Assembly (NCBI RefSeq): GCF_000142905.1
Contig: NW_013657670.1
Span: forward strand, 273,498-337,497
DNA from: Thecamonas trahens ATCC 50062
Lineage: Eukaryota; Protista; Apusomonadida
Reading direction: 5' to 3'
Length of the DNA: 64,000 nucleotides
Positions within the stretch are counted from its first letter, which is position 1; every line of letters begins with the position of its first letter. The notes beneath the pieces were generated by a model that saw nothing but the letters and a program-made list of their open reading frames with translations, was not told the origin of the DNA and did not search any database. Positions 34,196-45,213 of the stretch are shown in pieces. Position numbers and translations under genes: made by a program.

Positions 34196-37100
34196 TCAGA
34201 TGACGTTGAAGACCGTCTTGAGCTTCTTGATGAGGATCCAGTCCGACTTGCGCATCTCGTCGCGGAAGTGAGCCTTGAGGACGTCGATCGAGTCGCGCGA
34301 GACGACCGAAATCAGCTTGTCCTCCTCGGTAAACTGGCGGCCAACGGTGAGGCCGTGCGGCGAGTCAAACTTGACAGCAACCTGAGTCGTCTCGCGCGCT
34401 TCCTCAACGTCAATCCCATTGTCCTGCAGCGAGATGACGCGGCCGACCTCGAGGTTGCCCTTGGACGGGACGCAGAGGAGCGAGCCGATGCGAAGGACGC
34501 CCTGCTCGACCTCGACGCCGAGAACAACAGGGTTGCGAGCGTTAAAGACAGCAACAATGTTGCAGATGCAGGGGAAGATGGCGAGGTCGCGGACGGCCTC
34601 CTTCTCCTCCTGCTTCTTGCCGTCGAGGTAGCGGAGGAACTCCTCCTCGAGCCGGTAGATGGTCTCGTTGGTGAAACATGTGACCCCGCGCTGGTTGGCG
34701 TAGAGCTGGATGTCAGGTGCGATGGCGACGTTAAAGGCGAGGATGCACGCGTACCGCGGCTTGCGGTCGAGCATGATGGCTGCCTTGTTGACGTCCTTCT
34801 TGTGGATGGGACCGAGGCCCACGCCGTTCACGGGCACGCCCTCTGATTGCAGGAAAATGAGCAGGGCCTCCAGCGAGCCGAGCGTTGACGCCTTGACAAA
34901 CACGCCTTCGCCTGACTTGTCCACCGCAGACTCGAGCACGGTCTCCATGTCTTCCATCACCTCCTCCTTGAGGTCTTCGACGTCGTCGTCAGGGCCGACC
35001 ACCAGCAGCGACGTGCCGGCAACCGCGTTCTCGAGGTTGTGCGCCGAGATCTTGATGCCCTGCGCCGCGTGGACCACCTTGTGATGCTGATACGGCGTCT
35101 TGACCCGCAGCTCCTTCATCGGATGCGGGGTGAGGAGCGCCCGGATCTTGGTGTGGATCGGCCCCTCCATGCCACACACCACAATCTCGTCGCCCTCGCG
35201 GATCGAGCCATTGACCAGGATGATGTCAATGGTGGTGCCGAGTCCAGGCACAGCCTTGACTTCCAGCACCGTCGCCTCGAGCTCCGGCTGCAGGTACAGC
35301 TGCTTGGCCATCATCCGCTGCGTCAACTGCACAAGCATCAACAGCAGGTCCGGGATGCCCTCACCGGTGTGCGCAGACGTCGGGATGAGCGAAATATGCG
35401 TCCGGTAATCCGGGTTCTCGTAGTACAGCGCGGCGTTGAACCCGAGTTCGGCAAACTGCACAATCACGTCGTTCGTCCGCGCCTTGAACTCGTTCAGCGT
35501 CGCCTGCTCCTGCTCCTTCTGCGAGACCTTGAACGGCTGGTAGATCGGCGAGTCCGCCGGCGACTTCCACGCGTAGCAGCGGTCGATCTTGTTGAGCGCG
35601 ACCACAAACGGCGTCTTGTTCTTGCGCAGCATCTCCAGTGACTCAACGCACTGCGGCTCGATGCCGTGCATCAGATCGACAACAACAATCGCAATGTCGC
35701 ACTGTTCTCGTTGGTGCGCGAGAGTGGGAGGGGGGGGGGGGGGAAAGGAAGGGGGGGGTGGAAGAGGAAGTGAGCAATGTCGGTCAACAACCAAGTACGA
35801 CGGTCAGAGCGGGAGCACCCCGAAGAGGCTCAACCGCTACGCGCACGCGACAATAGTCAACCCCTAGTGACGAAACCAGGTGGGCAAGCCCTTCGATATA
35901 GCCTCCCTGAGGACCCCGCCGCGCAATGAGGTGCGGCGTGGAAAAAAAGGGGGCATAGTTGCACGCCGACAGTGTCGACGGCACAGCTGCGGGGATGAAA
36001 GGGAAGAGGGGAGGGGGTAAGGGGGGCACAGGCAGGCAAGGTACGTACCAGCGACGAGCCACGCGAGCGCAGGTTGGAAAACGACTCGTGCCCGGGTGTG
36101 TCGATAACGAGCAGGCCAGGGACCAGCATCTCCATCTTCTTCTTGGCGGTACGGGTAAGCGCATCGGTCTGGCGCTCAATGGCGTCGGCCGGGAAAAAGG
36201 TGGCGCCGATCTGCTGGGTAATACCGCCGGCCTCACCGGTCTGGACGTTGGTCCGGCGAATCTTGTCCAGCAGCTTAGTCTTGCCAGTATCGACGTGGCC
36301 CATAACACAGCAGACAGGCGCACGGTACTTGGGGCGCTCCGGCTCGGATGCGCCAGCAGCGTCAGCGTCGGCGGCGGCGGACGGGCCATCGGTGCCGTCG
36401 GCGTCCGACGCCGACTCGGCCTCCTTGTCATTGTCATTGTCATCACCAAAGCCAAAGCCCGAGTCGTCGCCGGACGAGACCGAGTCGGCGTCCCACTCGT
36501 CGGGCGTGCTCGACTCCTCGTCCTTGGCGGCAGCCTCGGCCGCGGCCTTGGCAGCGGCCTCGGCAGCCTCAGCAGCCTTCTGCTCATCGGTCTTCTTCTT
36601 CTTGTTTCCATAGCGGACCTTGGTCTTCTTGCGCTTGCCCTCGACTGCATTCGGGTCGATGAGGCCCTGATCAATAAGCTCCTTCCGGCGCGCCTCGGCC
36701 GCGGCCTTGGCCGCACGCTCCTTCTTAGTCAACTTGGGCCCAGCGGCCGCCTGCGCCGCGAGCCGGTCACGCTCGGCCTGCTCCTTCCGCCGCTGCGTGT
36801 CCAGCCGCTCCGCCTCGGCCTGCCGCTCCGCCTCCAGCCGCTCCTCTTCTTCGCGCTGCTTGCGCTCGGCCTCTGCCCGCTCACGAGCCTCCTTCTCAGC
36901 CTTGATCTTGGCGATCATCGCCGCCTTGCCCTTGGGCTTGCCGCCCTTGGTCTTGCCACCCTTGGTCTTGCCGCCCTTAGCCTTACTCTTCTTGTCCTTG
37001 CCCTTGTCCTTGCTCTTCTCCTTCTTCTCTGCCGTTGCCTCACCACCAGCATCGGCCTTGCCGTTTTCCCCGGCATTACCATCCGCAGCATCATTGCCCT

Positions 37101-37236
37101 TGCCCTTCTTGCCCTTGCCCTTGCTCTTTTGCTCACGAGCTGCATCCGCCTCGGCCTGCTGCACCGGATCTGCCTCGGGGTCAAACGTGTCCCAGAAGTC
37201 GTCACCTCCGCCCTTGTTCTTCTTGCGGCGACCCAT
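34196..37236 (-). CDS. EIF5B: Translation initiation factor eIF5B; intron 35702-36048
   Basis: [49 protein letters not shown]|[20 protein letters not shown]. Confidence 0.97.
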
Positions 37237-37779
37237 TCTGCTTGCACCAAACGATAGTGGCGGGGAGAGCAGAAGAGGGGAGGGGGAGGATGAGGGTGAG
37301 TGGATAAGGGGAGGGAGAGGGGAGGGAGAGGGGAGGGAGAGGGGAGGGAGGGAGGGAGGGAGGGAGGGAGAAACGACGGGTCAAGGTGGCGGAGGGGATG
37401 TGAGGAGGGTGAGCGAGGGGCTCTCTTCAACGACTCGTTTTCCAAGACGCTCCATCATCCACCAACTTGGGGGGGGGGAGGGGGGAGGGGGGGAGGGCAA
37501 CCCTCCCTTTCCCACGTCCGTTAATGTTTGGTGCAAACCATAGGCACCAGCAAGTCTGAGTACACCTACAGTACTATACAGGTACATCAACTTCACCACA
37601 TGGGTGTATCTGGCTGAACATGGCTACCTCTGGCGGGGGGGGGGGTCTTACTTTGTGTGCGGTCAAGTGTGCGAACAAGTGACCCGTCGACTTGTAGCTG
37701 GTACTGCAACCAACCAGACCACCGAGCCGAGCAACTCATTCTTGATCTGGCCTAAGTCAAAAATGATACATTATTAGGA

Positions 37780-37858
37780 ACCGAGCAGAGTAGAAGAGCC
37801 GAGCCGAGTAGAGCCGAGCCGAGCCGAGCCGAGCCGAGCCGAGCCGAGCCGAGCCGAG
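37780..37858 (+). repeat. (GAGCC)n pentanucleotide microsatellite upstream of ESS2
   Basis: About 11 tandem gagcc units. Confidence 0.9.
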
Positions 37859-37974
37859 CACCCGGGGTCGAGCAGGGGGGCGAGACGGAACAAGGCGACT
37901 CGGGCGACAGTGGGGCGGAATCGAGGCGGTAGAGCTCATCACCTCGCTAGTTGGTACAGGCTTTCGGGTGGACA

Positions 37975-38219
37975 ATGTCGCGCAAGCGGAGCAGAGCTCA
38001 GGCTGAGACACAGGGACAGACCGTACTCGACGAGGGGACGTACCAGGCCGGCCTGGCCAACGCTGTCGAGGCCGAGTTCTTCCCGCAACTTCCACTGCTC
38101 CGGCTGCGGGCTCAACTCGCTGAGGCCGAAGATGCTGGAGATGCTCTGCGCGTCCGTGGCCTCCGGGCGGCCATCGCTTCCCGGAGTAGATCATCGACCA
38201 GACAAGGTCTCAAGGCCGA

Positions 38220-38252
<33 letters not shown>

Positions 38253-38952
38253 CGACTCTGATGACGACGGCGACGAGCGGAGCAGGGTGGCCAAGCGCGC
38301 ACGCACACTGGGTGTCACCCGCTATCTGGCTACATACGTCTCTGAAGATAATGCAGCGTTTGAAGAGGCACACATCGCGCCGAGAAGCACATCAGGCGCG
38401 CCCGGCTCGTCACTGGCTATGGTCCCGCTCGCCGGAATGGGATCCAGTGCGGTTGCGGGCGGGTTGCTAGAGAACGGCACGGCGCGACAGAGCGATGACG
38501 ACGGCACTGAGCCGCGCATTCTCCCGGTCAACACCAACTTTAGCCAGCCACCGCCGCAGCCCGCAGCCGGTGCCCACGCCGCCGAGGAGACCATGACTGT
38601 CGACGGTGTGTCGGTCCGCATCGGGCGGTCATCCAGCAAGTCCGGGCCGACGGTTAATGGCTACTCGTTTGTGCGCGAGCCAAGCGCACCGCAGGCGGGT
38701 GGCGGATACACCCTTCCGCCGGTGCGGCAGCGGGAGCGGGCGGCGGCAAAGATCGGCGCCCGCTACGCGGCTGCGCGAGCACAACGCGAGGCGCAGGCAA
38801 AGCGATTTTCGCGGTCGGCGACACCACTGGGCGCAGCACACGCGCTTCGACATGGCACCCTTTCGCCGGCGCTACGGTCGGCGCTGGCGCGGTCAGGGAC
38901 TCGGCTGAGAACACCGGCGCTGGCACGATCAGCGAGCCGCGCCCCGCCGTAG
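37975..38952 (+). CDS. ESS2: Splicing factor ESS2/DGCR14 homologue
   Basis: VLDEGTY..GL...VEAEFFPQL, RYLATYVSEDNAAFEE, PTVNGYSFV, LSPA. Confidence 0.85.
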
Positions 38953-38966
38953 CGGGTCGAACCCGA

Positions 38967-39992
38967 TCACGCGCGAAGAACTGTGCGTGGTGGGCGCTTG
39001 GTTGGCTGCCGGTCCGAGACTGTTGACAGAGTAAAGCCCGGCAGAGGTTGGTGCAAGTGCTTAGGAAACTGGATGCCATGCCGGCGAGAGACAAGGAGCA
39101 ACCAGTGGCGGTAGTCGTGCAGGAGAGCGAGCGCCGACTCGTGGGTCGTCTTCAGGTCCTGGAGCTGCTGGAAAAACTCAGGGTCAAACGCCGAGAGCTC
39201 GACCCGGAGCCGGGCGTTGATCCGTTCGAGCTTCACCATCCGCAGCTGCACAGCCTTCAGCTGCTCCCGCAGCTTAGGGGCGGCTGCCGCGTCGTCGATC
39301 ATGTTCTGTGTCAGGCTGGGGTTCGCCGTCTTGACCGCCTTGTTGCGCAGCAGCTTGATCTGGGCCATCTCCTTGGACAGCTTCTCAATCCGCCGCTCGA
39401 GCTTGGCCTCGTTCTCTTTGACAAGCGCGTTCTCTGCCATCACGCCCAGCAGGACGTCTTCGCCATGGCGAGCAATGATCTGGCGGTTGAGCACACGGTA
39501 CGCCTCAAGGTCGCGGCGCATCTCCTCCATGTCGCGGAGCAGCGCCGTCCGGCCACGGTTAGCGGCGAGCGCGTCGGCGTGCGCGCGCTTGGCCCGCGCC
39601 GCTGCCCGCAAAGCAAGCTTTCGGTCTTCGTCAGCATCGACCGCTGCGTTGGCTGCCCTCGCCGTCGCCGCCACCACCCGGGTCGACGCCTCGGACTTGG
39701 CCTTGCGGGCAGCGGCGCACGAGCCGTTGCAGAACTTGGACTGCTGCACCTCCACAGTCAGCACCGCGCGCTGCAGCCTCCGCACCTTAGCCTCGGCCGC
39801 CGCTAGCGCCGTCGTCAGCCGCGCATTCGCCGCAGACAGCTTGTGGATGACCTCTTCAGCCTGCTCCGCCGTCAGCTCCAGCTCCAGCTCGGCCTTCCCG
39901 ACCAGCCGGACCTCGTCGATGCTCTCGTCCCCGCTCTCGCTGCCATACATGACCTCGCCGGCTCGCGCCTCGCCAGGACCCGTCTTCCTCAT
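38967..39992 (-). CDS. Coiled-coil protein ending in a CEP290 C-terminal-like motif
   Basis: Heptad-rich. NARLRVELSAFDPEFFQQLQDLK resembles the recalled CEP290 motif LENFDPSFFEEIEDLK. Confidence 0.65.
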   Translation of the reverse strand: MRKTGPGEARAGEVMYGSESGDESIDEVRLVGKAELELELTAEQAEEVIHKLSAANARLTTALAAAEAKVRRLQRAVLTVEVQQSKFCNGSCAAARKAKSEASTRVVAATARAANAAVDADEDRKLALRAAARAKRAHADALAANRGRTALLRDMEEMRRDLEAYRVLNRQIIARHGEDVLLGVMAENALVKENEAKLERRIEKLSKEMAQIKLLRNKAVKTANPSLTQNMIDDAAAAPKLREQLKAVQLRMVKLERINARLRVELSAFDPEFFQQLQDLKTTHESALALLHDYRHWLLLVSRRHGIQFPKHLHQPLPGFTLSTVSDRQPTKRPPRTVLRA

Positions 39993-40336
39993 GCCTCCAC
40001 TATAACCTTGGAGAAGAGTGCAAGCTGTACTTCTGCCTCGCACTGTTGGAGCCTTTGCTCTCAGACAAGGCGTCGGCTCTCCTCCCCCGCCACCACCCGT
40101 GTGGCATCGGCACCTGTTGTGCCCACAATGGCATTTTGGCGCCAACATTCGCGCCCAAACGTAACCGAGTCATTCACTCCTTCTACGGCATGGCACCCGC
40201 TCCTGGAGCAGAGTGGAGACCATTTGCCGTCGAGAGCGAGTGCGACGGGCAGCACAAGGTTCTGGTCTCCTCCATCCTTTCTCCCTTCTCTCCTTTCGCT
40301 CTCACCTCTCCCAACGACCGCTTTGAGCATAGCTAT

Positions 40337-41119
40337 ATGGCCGACTCGGGCACGGGCCCAGTGCGGACAGCGACAGCAGCTGCGCCAATCGCAGCGCAAA
40401 GTACAGCTGCAAGTGCACCGGGTGGACGGAAGGTGACATCTGCCAGTCATCCGTACCGCGCGTCCAAGATGATGGATGTTGTCTCAGGGATAGGCGGGAC
40501 GGACGGAGCGCCGTTGGTCAGCAAGAGTCCTCAACATGATGCAACCGATGCAGACGGTGAAGATGATGTGGCTGTTGGCGACGACGACGACGTCACTGCT
40601 AGAGTCGGAGCACTCCATGTGGCGCACGCGCCTGGTCTCAAGTCGACCTTCACAGGCACCTGCCGCGATCTCGATGCCGATCTCGGGCGGCTAAGCGAGG
40701 TCTACGGGACGACGACAATCGTGTCGTTGCTGCCGCGGACCGAGGCTCAGCGACTGACCATTGGGCCACGAATCGAAGCAGAAGCTGCCGCCGCTGTGGG
40801 CATGAAGCTCCTCCGGTTTCCGATTGTCAACGGCGGCATTCCCGACGATATGGCAGTGTTTTCCGACTTTGTCGATGCTCTTGTTGCCCGCATGCTCGCC
40901 GGCGAACGACTGCTGGTCCACTGCCGTGCCGGCTACGGACGGGCAGGTATGGTCGCTGTGGCCATGCTCCTCCGATCCGGAGCTTGCACTAGCCTCGCTG
41001 CCGCCATCGCCCACGCCCGCCGCAAGCGGCCATCATCTCGCACCCGCATGGTCGAGAACGAGAGGCAGGAAGCATTCCTCGCCGACTACGCCACCGCCGC
41101 AGGCCTGCTTCTCGAGTAA
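40337..41119 (+). CDS. Cys-based dual-specificity phosphatase, CDKN3/bacterial-type (start uncertain; ATG 40190 possible)
   Basis: APG...RDLDADL, FPIVNGGIP, catalytic VHCRAGYGRAG, VENERQEAFL. Confidence 0.85.
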   Translation: MADSGTGPVRTATAAAPIAAQSTAASAPGGRKVTSASHPYRASKMMDVVSGIGGTDGAPLVSKSPQHDATDADGEDDVAVGDDDDVTARVGALHVAHAPGLKSTFTGTCRDLDADLGRLSEVYGTTTIVSLLPRTEAQRLTIGPRIEAEAAAAVGMKLLRFPIVNGGIPDDMAVFSDFVDALVARMLAGERLLVHCRAGYGRAGMVAVAMLLRSGACTSLAAAIAHARRKRPSSRTRMVENERQEAFLADYATAAGLLLE

Positions 41120-41152
41120 GCGAGTGTCTCGTCGCCCGCCACTGCACTCGCC

Positions 41153-41965
41153 ATGCCCGCGCTCTACGCCAACGCGCCCGCGGAAGTCGCTGACGAGGCT
41201 GGCCGGCTTGTGGCTCTGGCGTGGTGCTTGCTGGGCTGCGGAGCAGTGGCAGCGGCGGTGTTGGTGGCCGGTGTCACCGCGCCGTACGGCCGATACAACA
41301 CGGCCGGCCGGTCGTGGATCTACGGATGGAACGTGCCTGGTCGGCTGGCGTGGTTTGTGCAAGAGATGCCGTGCGTAGTAGCGTCTGCTACTGCGCTGGC
41401 GTATGCGCCGGGCGAGCTCTCGCGCGCGCAGATGGCGCTGCTGGCCGCCTTTGCCGTCCACTACTTTCACCGAGCGTGCGTCTTTCCGTTCCGCATGGTT
41501 GGCTCCAAGCCGTCGAGCCTGATGACAACGGTCCTGGCCTTTGCCTTTTGTGCGGCTAATGGATACATGCAAACCCGCTGGATCACGGCCCACGCCCAGC
41601 CCTGGCTCGACTCTGTGCCTGCCCTCACGATGGCCACCGGTCTTGTACTCTTTGTCGTCGGCATGGCCATCAACATCCACTCGGACTCGATCCTGCTCAA
41701 CCTGCGGAAGCCAGGTGAGACTGGGTATGTCATTCCGCGCGGCGGCATGTTCGACTACGTCTCGGGAGCGAACTTTTTCGGCGAGATTGTCGAGTGGCTT
41801 GGCTTTGCCCTCGCAGGCGGCTGCCACCTTGTGCCGCTCTCGTTTGCGCTCTTCACAATGTGCAACATCGGGCCACGCGCCCTGCACCACCATGCTTGGT
41901 ACCTGACTAAGTTCCGCGACGAGTATCCTCGTCACCGGCGGGCGCTTGTGCCGTTTGTTCTGTAG
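41153..41965 (+). CDS. SRD5A1: 3-oxo-5-alpha-steroid 4-dehydrogenase (SRD5A1/DET2-like)
   Basis: APYGRY, AWFVQEMP, HYFHRA, INIHSDSILLNLRKPGETGYVIPRGGMFDYVSGANFFGEIVEW, RALHHHAWY. Confidence 0.93.
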   Translation: MPALYANAPAEVADEAGRLVALAWCLLGCGAVAAAVLVAGVTAPYGRYNTAGRSWIYGWNVPGRLAWFVQEMPCVVASATALAYAPGELSRAQMALLAAFAVHYFHRACVFPFRMVGSKPSSLMTTVLAFAFCAANGYMQTRWITAHAQPWLDSVPALTMATGLVLFVVGMAINIHSDSILLNLRKPGETGYVIPRGGMFDYVSGANFFGEIVEWLGFALAGGCHLVPLSFALFTMCNIGPRALHHHAWYLTKFRDEYPRHRRALVPFVL

Positions 41966-41999
41966 GCCCAACCTCGCTCTCCAACCTTTCTTGCCAGGT

Positions 42000-44900
42000 T
42001 CATTGTGTGGACGCTGCATCAGCCGGGGCTGCGCGGACGTGCGCCATCTTGCCGGCGTTCCAAGCGTCCATGTGAGTGGTGGCGAGAGTGGGAACAAAGT
42101 CGCGAGAGTCGGACGGGACCAGCTTGCCGTTGGGTGCATGGACCGGCTCCTGCGACTTGTGCCAGCGGTACGAGAGGGTGAAGGCGGTCTGGATGGGGAT
42201 GTCGGCGCAGAGCGGTGCCATGGCGTGCTCGGCGATGGCGCGGATCTCGGCGACGTGACGATCAAGGTCGCTAGTCTCAGGCAGCTCGACAATGATTTCG
42301 TCGTGGACAAAGCCGACGATGCGGTAGCCCGAGTGGAAGAGATCCCACAGCGCGAGCTTGGCACCGTCGGCGGCAAGGCCTGAAAAGGGCGTGTTGCGCG
42401 CCTGGGTAAAGTTGACGCACCCGCGGACTCGGCCGGTAAGGGTAACGACCGACTGACGGAAGAGCGCGTCGTAGACCTCATCCGAACCGAGCTGGCGATC
42501 AGCAAGCAGCGGAGTGAGCTTCGGGTTCCGGTTCAGCTTCCGGAGCGAGGCCCAGATGTTGGCCACAAACTTCTGCGAGTATGGCAGGCCGTCGCGGCGG
42601 AACGGACGGCCGCGGACAACCGATTTGATGTCGAGCAGGTTGGACTTGCCGAGCGTGTCAGCCTCACCGTCGACTGCAAGGTGGTACCTCAGCTTGCGGC
42701 GGACAACCGCCAGTGACCGGCGCAGGTTGGACGCGAGGAGAACGAGCGACTGCTCGTTGAGATACATGCCGATCTCAGGGAAGACCTCGTTGGTAAACTG
42801 CCGCCGCAGCTCCTTGGCCTCGGGATAGGTGAGCGATACGCCAAACGAGGCTGCGTACTCGCGAAGCGAGCGCGCGCCCTGTCCGCCGGGCAGACCAAAG
42901 TTGATGGCCTTGGCTCGCTGGCGCAGATACTTGTACCGCGCCCGAGTCGCCTCGTCCGACGAGTGCTTCTGAGCTTCAAACTCGGGCAGGCTCATATCGT
43001 CGCAGACGGCGGCAGTAAAGGCGTGCGGGTCGACGCCGTTGCGGATGACGTCGGCGAGGACTGATTGCCCGTACCGCGCCTCGCACACCGCCGCCAGCGT
43101 GCAGAGCTCGATGAACGAATAGTCGACGGTGAGCAGAACGGCGCCAGGGCGGGCGACGTAGCACTCACGGAAGCCCGGCATCGACGGCGTGCCCTGCAAG
43201 TGCGGCTCAAACGTTGCCGTCCGCCCGTTGCGCATCACTGCCACGTACCGCGGGTGGACAGTCATGAGCTCGGCGCCGAGAGGCTGCGGCCGCAGATCGC
43301 GGGTGCCCTTGGCCACGCCCTCGTCTTCGGCGCTCGACGGCTTGCCCAGCGCTGTCCACATCTCGTGCAGCGGCGCCACAATGTCGAACAGCTTGCAGTA
43401 CTCGATAATGGTGCAGTAGCGGGCGACAAACTCGGAGAGGTGCGCAAACCGCGCCCACTTTTTCATCCGCACCGAAATGTCCGATCCGTCGCGCGGGAGC
43501 GAAAACATCTTGTACTCTTCGTCACGGGTGAGCAGCGGCGGGTCTTCGATGGAGAGCCCAGCCGCCTCGCGCTCCGCGCGCCGTTTGTCCACCACTGCTG
43601 CCAGCGCTTCACGCCGTGCGCGCACCAGCGCCTTGCGGGTTCCGGCCCGGGACATCCGTGGCTTACCGGTATCAGTGGTGAGGAACGAGATCTCGTCGAG
43701 CGGCGCCTCGCTCAACTGCCACCCGTCTGACTCGGCCTCGTCGACCATCAGCGTCTCTTCCTCGATCGAGAGCGAGAAGAGCGACGAGACTGCTGCCTTT
43801 TCGGTCGCATTTTCAAACTTCTCCTCTTCGCCGTCGTCATCCGATGTTGCCTCGACCACGTCTGAAGGCAGGGTGCCGACCGCCGACGCCACCTTGGCCG
43901 AGACACCAGCCACAGTCTCGCTTGCGCTCGGTGGGTCATCCTTCGCGGCAGTCTCGCCGTTTGCGCCAGCGCCGACACGCTCGTACTGAAACGCGATGCG
44001 GTAGAGCGGCATGTGGGCCTGGATGTAGGCGCAGTGCTCCTGGATGGTGGCCTGAAGCCTTGTATAGAGCGCAGCAACGGTGCGCGGGTCGACGGCTATG
44101 CCGTTGAGTGTGGCGTCCTGCAGCGCGACCGCGCCCTTGATCTGGATGACCTCGGAGAGCGGGCCCCACGAGTCGACCGCGTGCTGGAACATCGAGTGGT
44201 TGCGGTCAAAGCAGCACTCGTTCATGACGTCGACAGCCTTGCAGTCCATAATGTAGTGAACATTGAAGATGAGCGCCGTCATTGCCGTCAGCTGGTCGTG
44301 GCTCAGCTCCGGGAGCTCCATGTCGGCGTTGGTGGTGCACGCGCCCACCATGCCTGCCAGAAGAGCCATAAACTGCTTGTCGTCGGCGACCTTGGAGACT
44401 CTAACCTTGGCTGCATCAAACAGGGTTCGCGGCTCGATGTCCCAGTCGGCCGAGACGTCGAGGGCGAGTGCCCGATGGACGAGCTCATCGAGCGAAGCGC
44501 CAAGCGGGATCGACCCGGACCCGGCGAGCTGGAGCAAGCCGTCGAGGAGAACCACGTCCGAGATGAAACCGCGGTTAACAATCTCCAGCCAGAGGCTCTC
44601 AGCCTGCATCGACACCGCCGCCAGCGCGTGCCGCAGCTTGGTGTACTGACTCAGCGCGTGTGCGACGACAAACTTGATCTCGCCGCACTGTCCGAGCCAG
44701 TGGGCGAACTGGGCGACGTCCATGGCATGGCATGCGCTTGGCGAGCCTTCTGAGAGCATGACCATACCTCCTCCGGGATAGTCGGCCTGAGTCCATGAAG
44801 GGGAGGACGGGAGGGGGACGGGAGGGGGAAGAAGGGGCGGTGGCAGTGCTGTGAGTTGGTCCTGCTGCGTGGAGCGACTTCTTCCATTCCTCCCTTTCTT

Positions 44901-45084
44901 TCGCTTGTGGTCGGGCGGCAGGGTGGGGGGGGGGGGGGGGGGGGGGAAAGGGGGAAGGGGAAGGGGAAGGGGAGGGGGGAAGGGAAGAAGGAGGAGGTAG
45001 AAGAAGGAGGGGGGAGTGAAAGGTAGAGGGGGGGCATACTGCGTAGTAGAGCGCCACGACGTGGCCCGTGGGTGTGAAGCTCAT
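42000..45084 (-). CDS. Divergent family-A DNA polymerase; predicted intron 44787-45039
   Basis: RNGRTATFEPHLQ, motif A LLTVDYSFIELCTLA, motif B RQRAKAINFGLPGG, ARNTPFSGLAADGAK, motif C FVHDEII. The GTATGC...CTCAG intron adds a 15-codon first exon in frame. Confidence 0.9.
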
Positions 45085-45213
45085 AATCGAGAGACGGGCA
45101 CGGTTGGCGACGAGTGGGAGAGATCACGCTTTGATGGCTACCTGCTACTGCACTGGCCAGGGCATGGTGGTGACTGATGGCGTGTGAGGCCGGCTGCGGA
45201 ATATGAAAGGCGT

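Noticed and set aside
42000-45084. Polymerase as the marker of an integrated virus or Polinton
   Set aside because: There are no capsid, integrase, packaging ATPase or terminal repeats. It is flanked by housekeeping genes and has host-like composition and an intron.
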